DNA of 64,000 bases from Polyangiaceae bacterium (GTDB lineage Bacteria; Myxococcota_A; Polyangia; Polyangiales; Polyangiaceae), in contig CBDCTZ010000005.1 of NCBI GenBank assembly GCA_965222375.1, positions 448,001 to 512,000 of the forward strand, written 5' to 3'. Below the pieces are notes generated by a model, which ran no database searches, was not told the origin of the DNA, and saw only the letters and a list, made by a program, of their open reading frames with translations. The position numbers and the translations under genes are program-made. This document shows, in pieces, positions 19,847 through 28,788 of the stretch (position 1 is the first letter of the stretch; every line of letters starts with the position of its first letter).

Positions 19847-21748
19847 TCACTCGGCGTCCGTCGCGTACAGCGGGCGGACGTTTCGTCGCACCGAGCGTAC
19901 GACGCGGGCCAAAGCGCCCAAGCAGCGCATGTTGTCCGAGGCGCTGCCCACGGTGACACGCACGAAGCTCTTCTCCGCGTGATGGGCGCCCAGAGAGCGA
20001 ATCAACACGCCTTCGTCCTGCATTCGGCGCACGAGCTCATCCGCTGATAGGCCGGTCGCGGAAACGTCAATCAGCACGAAGTTGCCATCGCTCGACAGTG
20101 CTTTCAGCCCCGGCAGCGCAGAAATCCTGTCGATCAGCCCTTCGCGCTCGGACTTGAGCTCGTCGATGCGGCGCTCCTGCTCCTGCGAGTCATCCAGGGC
20201 GGCCATGGCTGCGGCCAGGGTGATCTCCGGCAGATTCCACGGGACCTTCACTCGCTCCAACAGGCGAATGCACACTGGGTGTGCCAATGCGTAGCCCAAG
20301 CGAAGACCTGCGAGGCCGTAAGCCTTTGAAAACGTCCTGAGCACGAGGGCGTTGGGGAACTCCGCAATCAGGTGGCGCACGGACTCACCACCCGCGAGCT
20401 CGATGTATGCCTCGTCGATGACCGTAGGTAGGCCCAGGCCAAGCAGGCGCCGCATCTCCGCTTCGGGAATGCGGTTGCCAGTCGGGTTGTTCGGCGTACA
20501 CAGAAAGAGCACTTTGGTGCGTTCCGTCACGGCACGCAGCATCCCAATGACGTCGTGCTCTTGGTCTTCGCGCATCGGGACCAGCACCGGAATCCCCCCA
20601 GCCGCCCTGGTGCGAGCCTCGTACATGCTGAATGTCGGCACGCTGAGCAGCACTTCTTCACCCGGCGCGACGAAGGTCCGAATGATGATGTCGATGAGCT
20701 CGGTCGAGCCGGCGCCCAAAATGACATGCTCCGCGCTGAGTTTTTCTCGCTGCCCCAAGCGCTCTCGCAGCTCCGGGCCCGCGGAAGGGTATAGATTGCC
20801 CCGCAGAGCCGCGTCGAGGATCGCCTGCACCACGCGCTCACTGGGCGCGAAGGGGCTTTCGTTGCTCATCATTCGCAACAGATCCCCACGCTCCGCGGTA
20901 GCGAAGTGGGCTTCGTTGTACGGTTTGGCAGCCCGCACCCAGCTGGGAGCGAATAGCTCGAGGGCTTCGGGATCGTAACTGCGGGGTCCCGTACCCGGCT
21001 CGTCGCCGAGGGTCTCGCCGAAGACACGGAGCATGGCTTCGGCCCGCCCCAGGGCTTCCGGAGTGTCCACGTCAATCCAGCGTACGTCGCCGACATCCAC
21101 GGTGACGAACGTGCCCTTCTCGGCGAGGGCGCAAACACCCTCCGACAAGGAGCAATCGCCATTGGCAGCATCCAGCCGGCTGAGCTCTTCGATCAGCCGC
21201 GGACCAATTCGGAACACACCCGTGTCGATCGCATGGTAGTGGGGGATCTCTTTGCCGATATCCGTTATCCGTCCGGCGTCAACTTTGACCTTGGTCGCGT
21301 CATCCAGATCGAAACAACGCTCGATATCGAAGTCGATAGCGAGGGCGCAGGTGCCTTCTTCGAGATCTGCTGACAGCAGCCGACGCACCAACTCCGGGGA
21401 GTAGAGGTGGTCAGCCATCGTCAGAACGCATTCCTGATCGATGAACTCGGAGGCTGCGAGCAGCGAAACGCCGTTCTTGTTCAAGTAGCGGTCGTTGGTG
21501 AGGAAGTTCAGGTCCAGAAGCAGCGTGGGGTCTTCGAGAATCGCAGCGCGCACTTCTTCGCCGCGATGGCCCACGATGATGACGGCCTCGCGAATGCCCG
21601 CCTCTTGGAGGGAGCGGAGCACCCGGACCACGAGCGGGACGCCATGTACAGGGCGTAGGGGCTTGGGCACCGGAGCGGCCCCGTTGCCAAGGCGCGACCC
21701 CGTGCCTGCGGCCAAAACCACTGCGCGTGTCACTGCCCTAGAAGCCAT
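19847..21748 (-). CDS. Fusion: IPCT-like (inositol-1-phosphate cytidylyltransferase-type) NTP transferase + HisC/CobD-like PLP-dependent class I/II domain
   Basis: N-half: LAAGTGSRL, PKPL, NGVSL, LTMADHLYS, ATKV, DTG, WIDVDT. C-half: NESPF, GAGSTELI, PTFSMY, PNNPTG, DEAY, RTFSKAYGLAGLRLGY. Single uninterrupted 633-aa ORF. Confidence 0.88.
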   Translation of the reverse strand: MASRAVTRAVVLAAGTGSRLGNGAAPVPKPLRPVHGVPLVVRVLRSLQEAGIREAVIIVGHRGEEVRAAILEDPTLLLDLNFLTNDRYLNKNGVSLLAASEFIDQECVLTMADHLYSPELVRRLLSADLEEGTCALAIDFDIERCFDLDDATKVKVDAGRITDIGKEIPHYHAIDTGVFRIGPRLIEELSRLDAANGDCSLSEGVCALAEKGTFVTVDVGDVRWIDVDTPEALGRAEAMLRVFGETLGDEPGTGPRSYDPEALELFAPSWVRAAKPYNEAHFATAERGDLLRMMSNESPFAPSERVVQAILDAALRGNLYPSAGPELRERLGQREKLSAEHVILGAGSTELIDIIIRTFVAPGEEVLLSVPTFSMYEARTRAAGGIPVLVPMREDQEHDVIGMLRAVTERTKVLFLCTPNNPTGNRIPEAEMRRLLGLGLPTVIDEAYIELAGGESVRHLIAEFPNALVLRTFSKAYGLAGLRLGYALAHPVCIRLLERVKVPWNLPEITLAAAMAALDDSQEQERRIDELKSEREGLIDRISALPGLKALSSDGNFVLIDVSATGLSADELVRRMQDEGVLIRSLGAHHAEKSFVRVTVGSASDNMRCLGALARVVRSVRRNVRPLYATDAE

Positions 21749-21862
21749 GCTCTTGTCTCGCTTTCATCCCACTACCAGGCGCGCGGTGGATACCACGCAG
21801 CGCGTTAAATCGGCAAATTCTTTTTCGTTCTAATGACTTACCAATGTGTAGGTGTGCCTCGC

Positions 21863-21879
21863 ACACCACACTGTGGTGT
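21863..21879. promoter_or_regulatory. Perfect palindrome, candidate operator upstream of the fusion gene
   Basis: ACACCACA-C-TGTGGTGT in a relatively AT-rich intergenic region about 115 bp upstream of the 21748 start. Confidence 0.4.
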
Positions 21880-22221
21880 TTTGGCAACACTAGTCCGGCC
21901 GGGCAGCTAGCGACCCGAGCTCACGTCCGCGTCGGCCAGATTGGGCAGCAGCCTCGGATATTTCGAGCCGGGACGGCTGCGCGTATTTCAGTTCGTTGCT
22001 CTCCTGCTACGTGAAAGAGCAATCACGGTGCCAGGTGCTCAGGTGCGTCATTGTCTTCGCACCTGAAACCGGCCGCAGCCCGCGATCCCGGGCCAACCGC
22101 CTGGTCAAGAGGGCAGACGCCGAGATCTACGCAGTGCGAAAAGAGCCGTTACCAGCGTGCGACGGAAGCACACCCGTGACCGGCGGATCCCACTTATCGG
22201 CACACCACGCTTACCACTCCG

Positions 22222-22947
22222 TCACTGGCCGAACAGCCGAGTAGCGCGTTCGAGGTCAGCGGCGTCATCGATCTCAGTCCAGCGCAAGTCACCCACCCCG
22301 ACGACTTGCGCGCTCTGACCGTCGCGAACGAGCTCGTCGTAGACGTGCTCGTAATAGACATCCGTGCGGCCAGATTTCACAACACGATCGATCGCACCGA
22401 AGAGCTCACCCGAGAGGCTCGTATCGATGCGCTCGATTCCAATGGTCTCTCCAACGGACTCCGTCAGGGCCAGTCCCTTGCCGAACGCGACGATGGCGTC
22501 CCCGCGCACACGAACCTTCATCGCCTCGGCATCTACTTGCCGCTCGGCATCTACCGCAACAGCCAGGGCTGCGGGGCAGGAATCCAGCCTCGAAAGCACC
22601 GCGGGATCGAACACGACGTCGCCGTCCAATTTGAAAAAGGCATCACCGGCAACGGCGTTCCGACACAGTGCCAAAGACACCACGTTCTGTGTCGTTTCGT
22701 AGTCAGGGTTGTGGCACAGAGTCACGCGCTCGACGCGTCCAACGAGACGACGTTCGATGGCATCCTCGCGGTAGCCAGTTGCGATGACGACGTGCTGCAC
22801 GCCGTATTCAGCGAGGGCATCGCACGCCCGCTCGAGAATACTCCGACCCTGCACCTCGACGAGGGCTTTTGGCCGATCGTCGGTCAAGGGACGCAGGCGA
22901 GAGCCCACACCCGCTGCCAAGATCACCGCAGTGCGTGTTTGGGCCAT
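22222..22947 (-). CDS. Phosphocholine/phosphonate cytidylyltransferase family (LicC/PntC-like) NTP transferase
   Basis: Motifs ILAAGVGSRL, PKAL, TGY, NVVSL, DGDVVF, EAMKV, GETIGI, YYE, WTEIDD. Confidence 0.88.
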   Translation of the reverse strand: MAQTRTAVILAAGVGSRLRPLTDDRPKALVEVQGRSILERACDALAEYGVQHVVIATGYREDAIERRLVGRVERVTLCHNPDYETTQNVVSLALCRNAVAGDAFFKLDGDVVFDPAVLSRLDSCPAALAVAVDAERQVDAEAMKVRVRGDAIVAFGKGLALTESVGETIGIERIDTSLSGELFGAIDRVVKSGRTDVYYEHVYDELVRDGQSAQVVGVGDLRWTEIDDAADLERATRLFGQ

Positions 22948-22995
22948 AGCCGGGCACGATTGCATACGGGCACGTGCCTTGCTAGTCACCCCGCG

Positions 22996-24309
22996 ATGAA
23001 ACAACCCACCAAGCTACAGAAGTCCGAGGGCAAGCTTGCGGTCTTGCTGCCCGGTCTCGGCGCCGTTGCCACCACGTTCATTGCGGGATGCATGTTGGCG
23101 CGAAAGGGCGTCGCGAAGCCCACGGGATCGGTCACGCAGCTGGGCACCATTCGCCTCGGCAAGCGGACTGAAGGGCGAGTGCCCAAGATTCGCGAGTTCG
23201 CCCCGCTGGCGGCTTTGGAGGACTTGGAGTTTGCGGGTTGGGATCTGTTCCCCGACAGCGCGTATGAGGCGGCGGAGACAGCAAACGTGCTCGATCACCG
23301 GCATCTGGAGCAAGTCAAGGACGAGCTGTCCGCAATCAACCCCATGCCCGCGGTGTTCTATCCGGAATACGTCAAACGCCTGAACGGCACCCACTTGAAG
23401 ACCGGGAAGACCAAGGCGGACATGGTGGAAGCGCTCCGTCAGGACATCCGCGACACGATTCGAGACCGGGGCTGCAGCCGCGCGGTCGCGGTGTGGTGCG
23501 GTTCGACGGAAGTGTACGTCGAGCCCAGTGCCGTCCACCAGAGTGTCAGCGCTTTCGAAAAGGGACTGCTTCAAAACGACGCCAACATCACGAGTTCGAT
23601 GATCTACGCCTGGGCATGCATGAAAGAGGGCGTGCCCTATGCCAATGGTGCACCGAATCTGAGCGCGGACTTCCCCGCTGCCCTCGAACTGTCCAAAGAA
23701 ACCCAAACCCCAATCGCAGGCAAAGACTTCAAGACCGGGCAGACGCTCATGAAGACCATCTTGGCACCAGGCCTGAAGGCTCGCATGTTGGGGCTGAACG
23801 GCTGGTTCTCGACCAACATCTTGGGCAATCGGGATGGCGAAGTACTGGACGACCCGGACAACTTCAAAACCAAAGAAGTCAGCAAGCTCGGAGTGCTGGA
23901 GCACATCCTCCAACCCGAGGTGTATCCGGAGCTCTATGGCGACGTGTATCACAAGGTCCGCATCAACTATTACCCACCGCGAGGCGACGCCAAGGAGGGC
24001 TGGGACAACCTGGATATCTTCGGTTGGCTTGGCTATCCGATGCAGATCAAGGTGGATTTCCTGTGTCGAGATTCCATCTTGGCAGCACCCATCGTTCTGG
24101 ACCTTGCTCTATTCATGGACTTGGCGAAGCGCGCGGGCTTCCGCGGCGTCCAAGAGTGGCTCTCATTCTTCTTCAAGAGCCCGATGGTCGCGGAAGGACT
24201 GTACCCAGAACACGACCTGTTCATTCAGTCCATGAAGATGAAAAACACCCTACGCTGGATGATGGGTGAGAACCTCATCACGCACTTGGGTAACGAGTAC
24301 TACGACTGA
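22996..24309 (+). CDS. ino1: myo-inositol-1-phosphate synthase (MIPS)
   Basis: Motifs GLGAVATT, GWD, WCGSTE, YANGAPN, GKDFKTGQT, NILGNRDG, GDAKEGWD, CRDSILAAP, SFFFKSP. True ATG is at 22996; the ORF track extends it upstream. Confidence 0.95.
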   Translation: MKQPTKLQKSEGKLAVLLPGLGAVATTFIAGCMLARKGVAKPTGSVTQLGTIRLGKRTEGRVPKIREFAPLAALEDLEFAGWDLFPDSAYEAAETANVLDHRHLEQVKDELSAINPMPAVFYPEYVKRLNGTHLKTGKTKADMVEALRQDIRDTIRDRGCSRAVAVWCGSTEVYVEPSAVHQSVSAFEKGLLQNDANITSSMIYAWACMKEGVPYANGAPNLSADFPAALELSKETQTPIAGKDFKTGQTLMKTILAPGLKARMLGLNGWFSTNILGNRDGEVLDDPDNFKTKEVSKLGVLEHILQPEVYPELYGDVYHKVRINYYPPRGDAKEGWDNLDIFGWLGYPMQIKVDFLCRDSILAAPIVLDLALFMDLAKRAGFRGVQEWLSFFFKSPMVAEGLYPEHDLFIQSMKMKNTLRWMMGENLITHLGNEYYD

Positions 24310-24326
24310 GTGCTAGCTAGGCGCCG

Positions 24327-26525
24327 TCAGGCCAGGCCCGCACGGCGCCGCGCGAACCAGTGACCCCCGATGGCCAGTGCCGCCAACAGTGCCCACACCC
24401 AGGGCGGCAGCACGGCCGCGACGTGTCGTTCAGACGCAACCAGGGTGGACTCGGGCTGCGGTAGCTTATCGAGTTCGCTCAGAGGGATGCTCTGCCCGCG
24501 AGTCACGTTCGAGATGCTTTTCATGCGGGCCGGATCGGGTCGCGAATCCGCCCAGGCCGCGCCACCGCGCTCGCACGCGAAGTCAAAGCGCGCAGGCGGA
24601 GCCTCTCCGACGCGCACTTTGGCCGCGTAGCCACCGGTTTCGAGTACACCCAAGCTCACGTCCACGGGACCGCTCTCCCCCGCTGGAGCCTCGCGACTTT
24701 CCGGGCTCGGTCGCTCCTTGCCCAGGCGCTGGAGCTCGACCTTCACCTTTCCCTTTGTCTTGGCCAGAGGTGTCACGCGCAGGCTCGTGGGCTCGCCAGC
24801 GAAACACGGCGAGGTCAACGCGATACGCGCAGCTTCGTAGCGGGGGTCACGCATGAGCCAACCCAGCAGACCATCCCAGAGCGCGCCATAGGCTCGCCCA
24901 GCCGCATTCGCCCCCTGTTCGCTCCACGCCATGCGATAGGTCGCATCCAGCGCCAGAGCGATGCTCCGCCCGTCCCCCGCCTCCCCCAGCGCGAGCAGGG
25001 GCATGGCTTGATTGGCGACGCGGCGAGACGGGTGGGACCACAGCACCAAGCTGCCTGAACGCGCGGGCCCGACGGTGTTCGAGCCGACGAAGGTTGGTAG
25101 CGCGTCGCCCAGGACATCGCGCACACCGCGAAGCACCGGGGCCGCGCGGCCCACCTCGGTGTACGCGGGCACGACCTCGAGCAAATCGAAGGGCTTCTGC
25201 GAATCCGAGAGTTCGACCGGCAAGGCACGACCGAGAGCAGACCCCGCATAACCCCCGCCAGCGAAGGACGATGGGCCACCGACCATGATCAGGCCACCAC
25301 CAGATTCCACGTAGCGAGCCAATGCCGGCAGGTGGCGGGAGAGCTTGTATTCCAGAGCGTCAATGTCCTGCAAAACGACCGCGTCGAAGCTCGGCAAGTG
25401 CTCCGTGAACAACTCGTCCACGGGAAATGGGATCAGCGCCAGTTCGGATTCGTCGTCGGTCCCGGGGTCGTCCGTGTTGGAGCGCAAAATGAAGAACGCC
25501 ACCAAGTCGACGGATTCGTCACCCTTGAGCCAGGTGCGCAGCATGCGCACGTCGTAGGTGGGTCGGCCAGCGACGTGCAGCAGCCGCAGGCGCTCTCGCG
25601 TCACACGAAAGGAGAGAATGCGGCGATTGTTGGCCGGAATGGTGTCGCCGTCGGGCGCGTCGATGGCGACCTCGACAATGCGTTCTCCGGCCCGCTCCAA
25701 GACGATGTTAAGGTCCACGGTCCCAACGCCGTCATTGATCTCCACGTTGCCCCGAGCCAGTCGCGCAGGCGCGGCCCCATATCGCAACTCCCGCACGACG
25801 ACAGGAACCCTCTCGCAGACCAGGCCACCCGCGCAGGCGATCTCGACGGTCAAGTTCAATCGCTGGTGGGCAACCGCAGCGCCCGCTGCGCGCACCGCCC
25901 TCACCATGGCATCCTTGGGCTGTCTATCGGTTACGCGCAGGGAGTGGACCGGTGGCGACACGGGGGGCAGGGCCGCGCGCAGCGCGACTTCATCCAATTG
26001 CTCAATGGGACGGGTGAGACGGCCATCGCTCACGACTACGATGGCGCCGGGTTTTTCGTCACCGGTTTCGAGCAGCTCTGCCAGAGCTGCGGAGAGGTCA
26101 CTCACTTCCGCCCGGGTGGACTTGCTGGGCGGGTCGGAGACGGGGCGGGGCGAGGCTTCGTCGAACTCCAGCACGGTCACCCGACTCTGACTGAAGTGCT
26201 TTCGCAGCTTGTCCGCTGCTTTGAGGGCATGTGCGCGCCGCGTCGAATCATCCAAGGGCAACAGCAAGCGCCTGGAGGCATCCACCAGCACGACAACCTT
26301 GGGTCCGACTTCCGTACCGGTCACGTCCACCCGCACGGGGCGGAGAACGGCGCACAGCAGCAGCGCAGCGGCGGCAATACCAGACACCACTAACCCCAAG
26401 TGAAATCGTTCTGCCCGTCGGGCTTCGCTGACAAGCAGAAGGATCGAGGCCAATGCGAGCGCCGCGGCGACAACCGTGACGGAGCTTGGCAAGTCCTCGC
26501 TGAGGGCCCAGGAGCGCTGACTCAT
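24327..26525 (-). CDS. Membrane protein with vWA-like and glutamine-amidotransferase-like (DUF1355/GATase1_like) domains
   Basis: N-terminal TMs, VVLVDAS, VVVSDG, LIPFPVDELF, GGGLIMVGGPSSF, C-terminal TM. Confidence 0.75.
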   Translation of the reverse strand: MSQRSWALSEDLPSSVTVVAAALALASILLLVSEARRAERFHLGLVVSGIAAAALLLCAVLRPVRVDVTGTEVGPKVVVLVDASRRLLLPLDDSTRRAHALKAADKLRKHFSQSRVTVLEFDEASPRPVSDPPSKSTRAEVSDLSAALAELLETGDEKPGAIVVVSDGRLTRPIEQLDEVALRAALPPVSPPVHSLRVTDRQPKDAMVRAVRAAGAAVAHQRLNLTVEIACAGGLVCERVPVVVRELRYGAAPARLARGNVEINDGVGTVDLNIVLERAGERIVEVAIDAPDGDTIPANNRRILSFRVTRERLRLLHVAGRPTYDVRMLRTWLKGDESVDLVAFFILRSNTDDPGTDDESELALIPFPVDELFTEHLPSFDAVVLQDIDALEYKLSRHLPALARYVESGGGLIMVGGPSSFAGGGYAGSALGRALPVELSDSQKPFDLLEVVPAYTEVGRAAPVLRGVRDVLGDALPTFVGSNTVGPARSGSLVLWSHPSRRVANQAMPLLALGEAGDGRSIALALDATYRMAWSEQGANAAGRAYGALWDGLLGWLMRDPRYEAARIALTSPCFAGEPTSLRVTPLAKTKGKVKVELQRLGKERPSPESREAPAGESGPVDVSLGVLETGGYAAKVRVGEAPPARFDFACERGGAAWADSRPDPARMKSISNVTRGQSIPLSELDKLPQPESTLVASERHVAAVLPPWVWALLAALAIGGHWFARRRAGLA

Positions 26526-26538
26526 GCCGCGGCCGCCA

Positions 26539-27309
26539 TCAGGGCCTGCGGCCGGCACGTCGACGCATCAGGAACGGCGCGTGCACTTGGTCGTCCTTGT
26601 AGTCGGAACACAGGCTATACATTGCGATGTTCACAGCGAGCCGAATGGCATACTCCCGTTGGCGCTGCCCACCGGGCTCCACCGGCAAGGACCATGCGCC
26701 GCCCCGAGAACGCGCCATCGCGCCAAGCAGGTCGTGAGCCAAAAACAGCACCTGCGCGCTCTTGCCCCTTACGATGGCGTCTAGGGAGGGCTTGCCCAGC
26801 ACGCGACCCACAGGACGATCGATGATGTAGTAGGTCTTGTAGAGCACGTGGCTCGGGTCCAAGCGAACCGGTGGCGACGCCGGCAGCACGCGCGCCAACT
26901 CCCGCCGAGCCGCTCGACCAAAGGCGCCCGACTTGGGGTTCTGGTCATCCACCACTAGGAGACCCCCGAGCTTGAGGAAGCGTTCCAGCCCCCGTTGTTC
27001 CGGTCGGGACAAGGGCGGGATCTTCCCGGTCCCGCTCCACAGCGCAAAGGGCTCCGTCAAGAGCTTTGGGTCGTCGGCGCTCACGCGCGCCGAACCCAAG
27101 CGCGCCGGAGCGCTGGTTCTACGCACCAACTCGAAGGCCCAGCGAGCAGGTCCGCTATCCCGGGGCGCAACCAGTCGCTTGCCACCGATCGTGAGGATGC
27201 GCACAGAAAACGCGCCCGCTTGGCCAAAGCCGAGCCCAGGCGAGGCCAAGCCCAGGCTTGCAAGGCCGAGCAGCGCACCGCGGCGCCCGATGCGGGCGGA
27301 CTGAGGCAT
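26539..27309 (-). CDS. DUF4159 family protein with twin-arginine signal
   Basis: GRRGALLG, FLKLGGLLVVDD, HVLYKTYY, RLAVNIAMYSLCSDYKDDQVH. TGATG coupling with the upstream gene. Confidence 0.8.
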   Translation of the reverse strand: MPQSARIGRRGALLGLASLGLASPGLGFGQAGAFSVRILTIGGKRLVAPRDSGPARWAFELVRRTSAPARLGSARVSADDPKLLTEPFALWSGTGKIPPLSRPEQRGLERFLKLGGLLVVDDQNPKSGAFGRAARRELARVLPASPPVRLDPSHVLYKTYYIIDRPVGRVLGKPSLDAIVRGKSAQVLFLAHDLLGAMARSRGGAWSLPVEPGGQRQREYAIRLAVNIAMYSLCSDYKDDQVHAPFLMRRRAGRRP

Positions 27310-27953
27310 CAATCGAAATCTTCGACGCGCCACACGCCCGCTTTGCGTCTCAACAGGACCTTATGTCCGCCAGGCAGAATCGCTTCGGCTTGATCACCGC
27401 GAATGCGTACATCCACGGTTGCAGGTTCCTCCAAACCGTCCACCAGCGAGCGCATATCCGCGTCGAGAGCGCCTCGACTCTCCTCCGTGAGCACTCGCAT
27501 CAGCGCCGGGTAACTGCGCCTCGACAGCGCACGGCGAAGCTCAGACAAAGCCTGGGCGGGAGTTCGCGCACCCGTGGGCAGGGTACCCGCTGAAGAAACC
27601 CGAAAACGATCGCCATCCAGAACCAATGCGGCTTCTTCGCCATCCGCGTAACGCACACGCGCGGAAGCTTCCACCTTGGCATCGGGTTGGGTCACGGCAT
27701 TCGCGATGCCGAGTAGCTCGGCACGAGAGTCCTTCACCAGCCGCCGCGTGCCTTCCTTGCCGTGGGTGCGCTTGGCGCTCGACGAAAGCAGCTCGTACAC
27801 CGAGTCTGCATCCCCGCGCTCGAGGGCCTTCTGGTATTCTGCGGCGGCATCCCGAGGGTCCGGAACGGCGCGGTGCCCACACCCTGCCGCCACTGCGATA
27901 CACGTGAGCTGTGCCCACAGCACACAGGCCCGCGAACAGCTCGGCATCGACAT
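27309..27953 (-). CDS. Hypothetical lipoprotein
   Basis: Lipobox AVAAG-C. Internal duplication (DPxxAA..Y..AL / TPAQAL..L..AL). Start uncertain. Confidence 0.65.
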   Translation of the reverse strand: MSMPSCSRACVLWAQLTCIAVAAGCGHRAVPDPRDAAAEYQKALERGDADSVYELLSSSAKRTHGKEGTRRLVKDSRAELLGIANAVTQPDAKVEASARVRYADGEEAALVLDGDRFRVSSAGTLPTGARTPAQALSELRRALSRRSYPALMRVLTEESRGALDADMRSLVDGLEEPATVDVRIRGDQAEAILPGGHKVLLRRKAGVWRVEDFD

Positions 27954-28113
27954 GGGCCCAAGGCGTACCTTGCATCTTTTCCGGACGCAAACCACGCCGA
28001 CGGCCCCGGACGCAACCGCCCGGGCGAGCGTGGGCAACCGCTGCACCGACGCCGCACCCAACCGATAGACTTTGCCTGTCGCGCCGGACGTGACTACCTT
28101 TGGTGGAAGGTCA

Positions 28114-28617
28114 ATGAAGTCCATCGGTACCATTGTCACAGGAGCGATTCTGCTGTCCTCAGCCCTGGCTTGCGGTTCGCCACCAGCCAAGTCCGCCAAC
28201 CCCACGCGCACCCTCGACGAGCGGCGCGCGGTGGAGATCATCATCCGCGGATTCCGGGCCGAGCGGGACCAACCCGTTCCTGGCACCTCCATCGAGCTGG
28301 AGGAAGGCAAGCAACTCGAAATCGACGTTGGCTCATCGGGACGCAAGTACGGCGTTGCCTACGTAACCGCGAATGAACGCCGAACCCTCGGTTCCGCCCT
28401 GCCCGCTCGCGACCCCTCCATGGGCGATGCCTTGCAATTGGTGCGCGGCATTGGCGACGCGGCAGATGCAAAGATCCTCGTGCTACACGACACGTCGTAC
28501 CTCTACGACGACCACGTGGGCGCGGGGCGTGAGGCGAGTACGATTACCGCCGAGAGAAAGCTCGAACGCGATGTTCGAGACTTCCTCGTCCGCGCCCACG
28601 CCGAACGCTGGCCATGA
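28114..28617 (+). CDS. Hypothetical lipoprotein
   Basis: MKSIGTIVTGAILLSSALA-C; GGAAGG upstream. Confidence 0.7.
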   Translation: MKSIGTIVTGAILLSSALACGSPPAKSANPTRTLDERRAVEIIIRGFRAERDQPVPGTSIELEEGKQLEIDVGSSGRKYGVAYVTANERRTLGSALPARDPSMGDALQLVRGIGDAADAKILVLHDTSYLYDDHVGAGREASTITAERKLERDVRDFLVRAHAERWP

Positions 28618-28787
28618 GCGAGCGTCGTCAAGTCGGAATCGGTGCCACCCTTGCGCTGGTCGGCATCGCGCTTTCCGCATCCGAGAATCCCCACGCAGGG
28701 GCTTGGACGACTCTCATCGGCTTGGTGGCGATGATTTGGGGCGTGCACCGCTTCGGCCGCAGCGGCACCGACGGCAGCGCGACATAA
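28614..28787 (+). CDS. Small 57-aa two-TM membrane protein (below the ORF-track cutoff)
   Basis: MSERRQVGIGATLALVGIALSASENPHAGAWTTLIGLVAMIWGVHRFGRSGTDGSAT. ATGA overlap with the upstream stop, and it exactly fills the gap to the converging gene. Confidence 0.65.
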   Translation: MSERRQVGIGATLALVGIALSASENPHAGAWTTLIGLVAMIWGVHRFGRSGTDGSAT

Positions 28788-28788
28788 C

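Noticed and set aside
22306..22995. Apparent 230-aa N-terminal extension of MIPS
   Set aside because: It is the antisense of the cytidylyltransferase gene; MIPS homology starts at ATG 22996.
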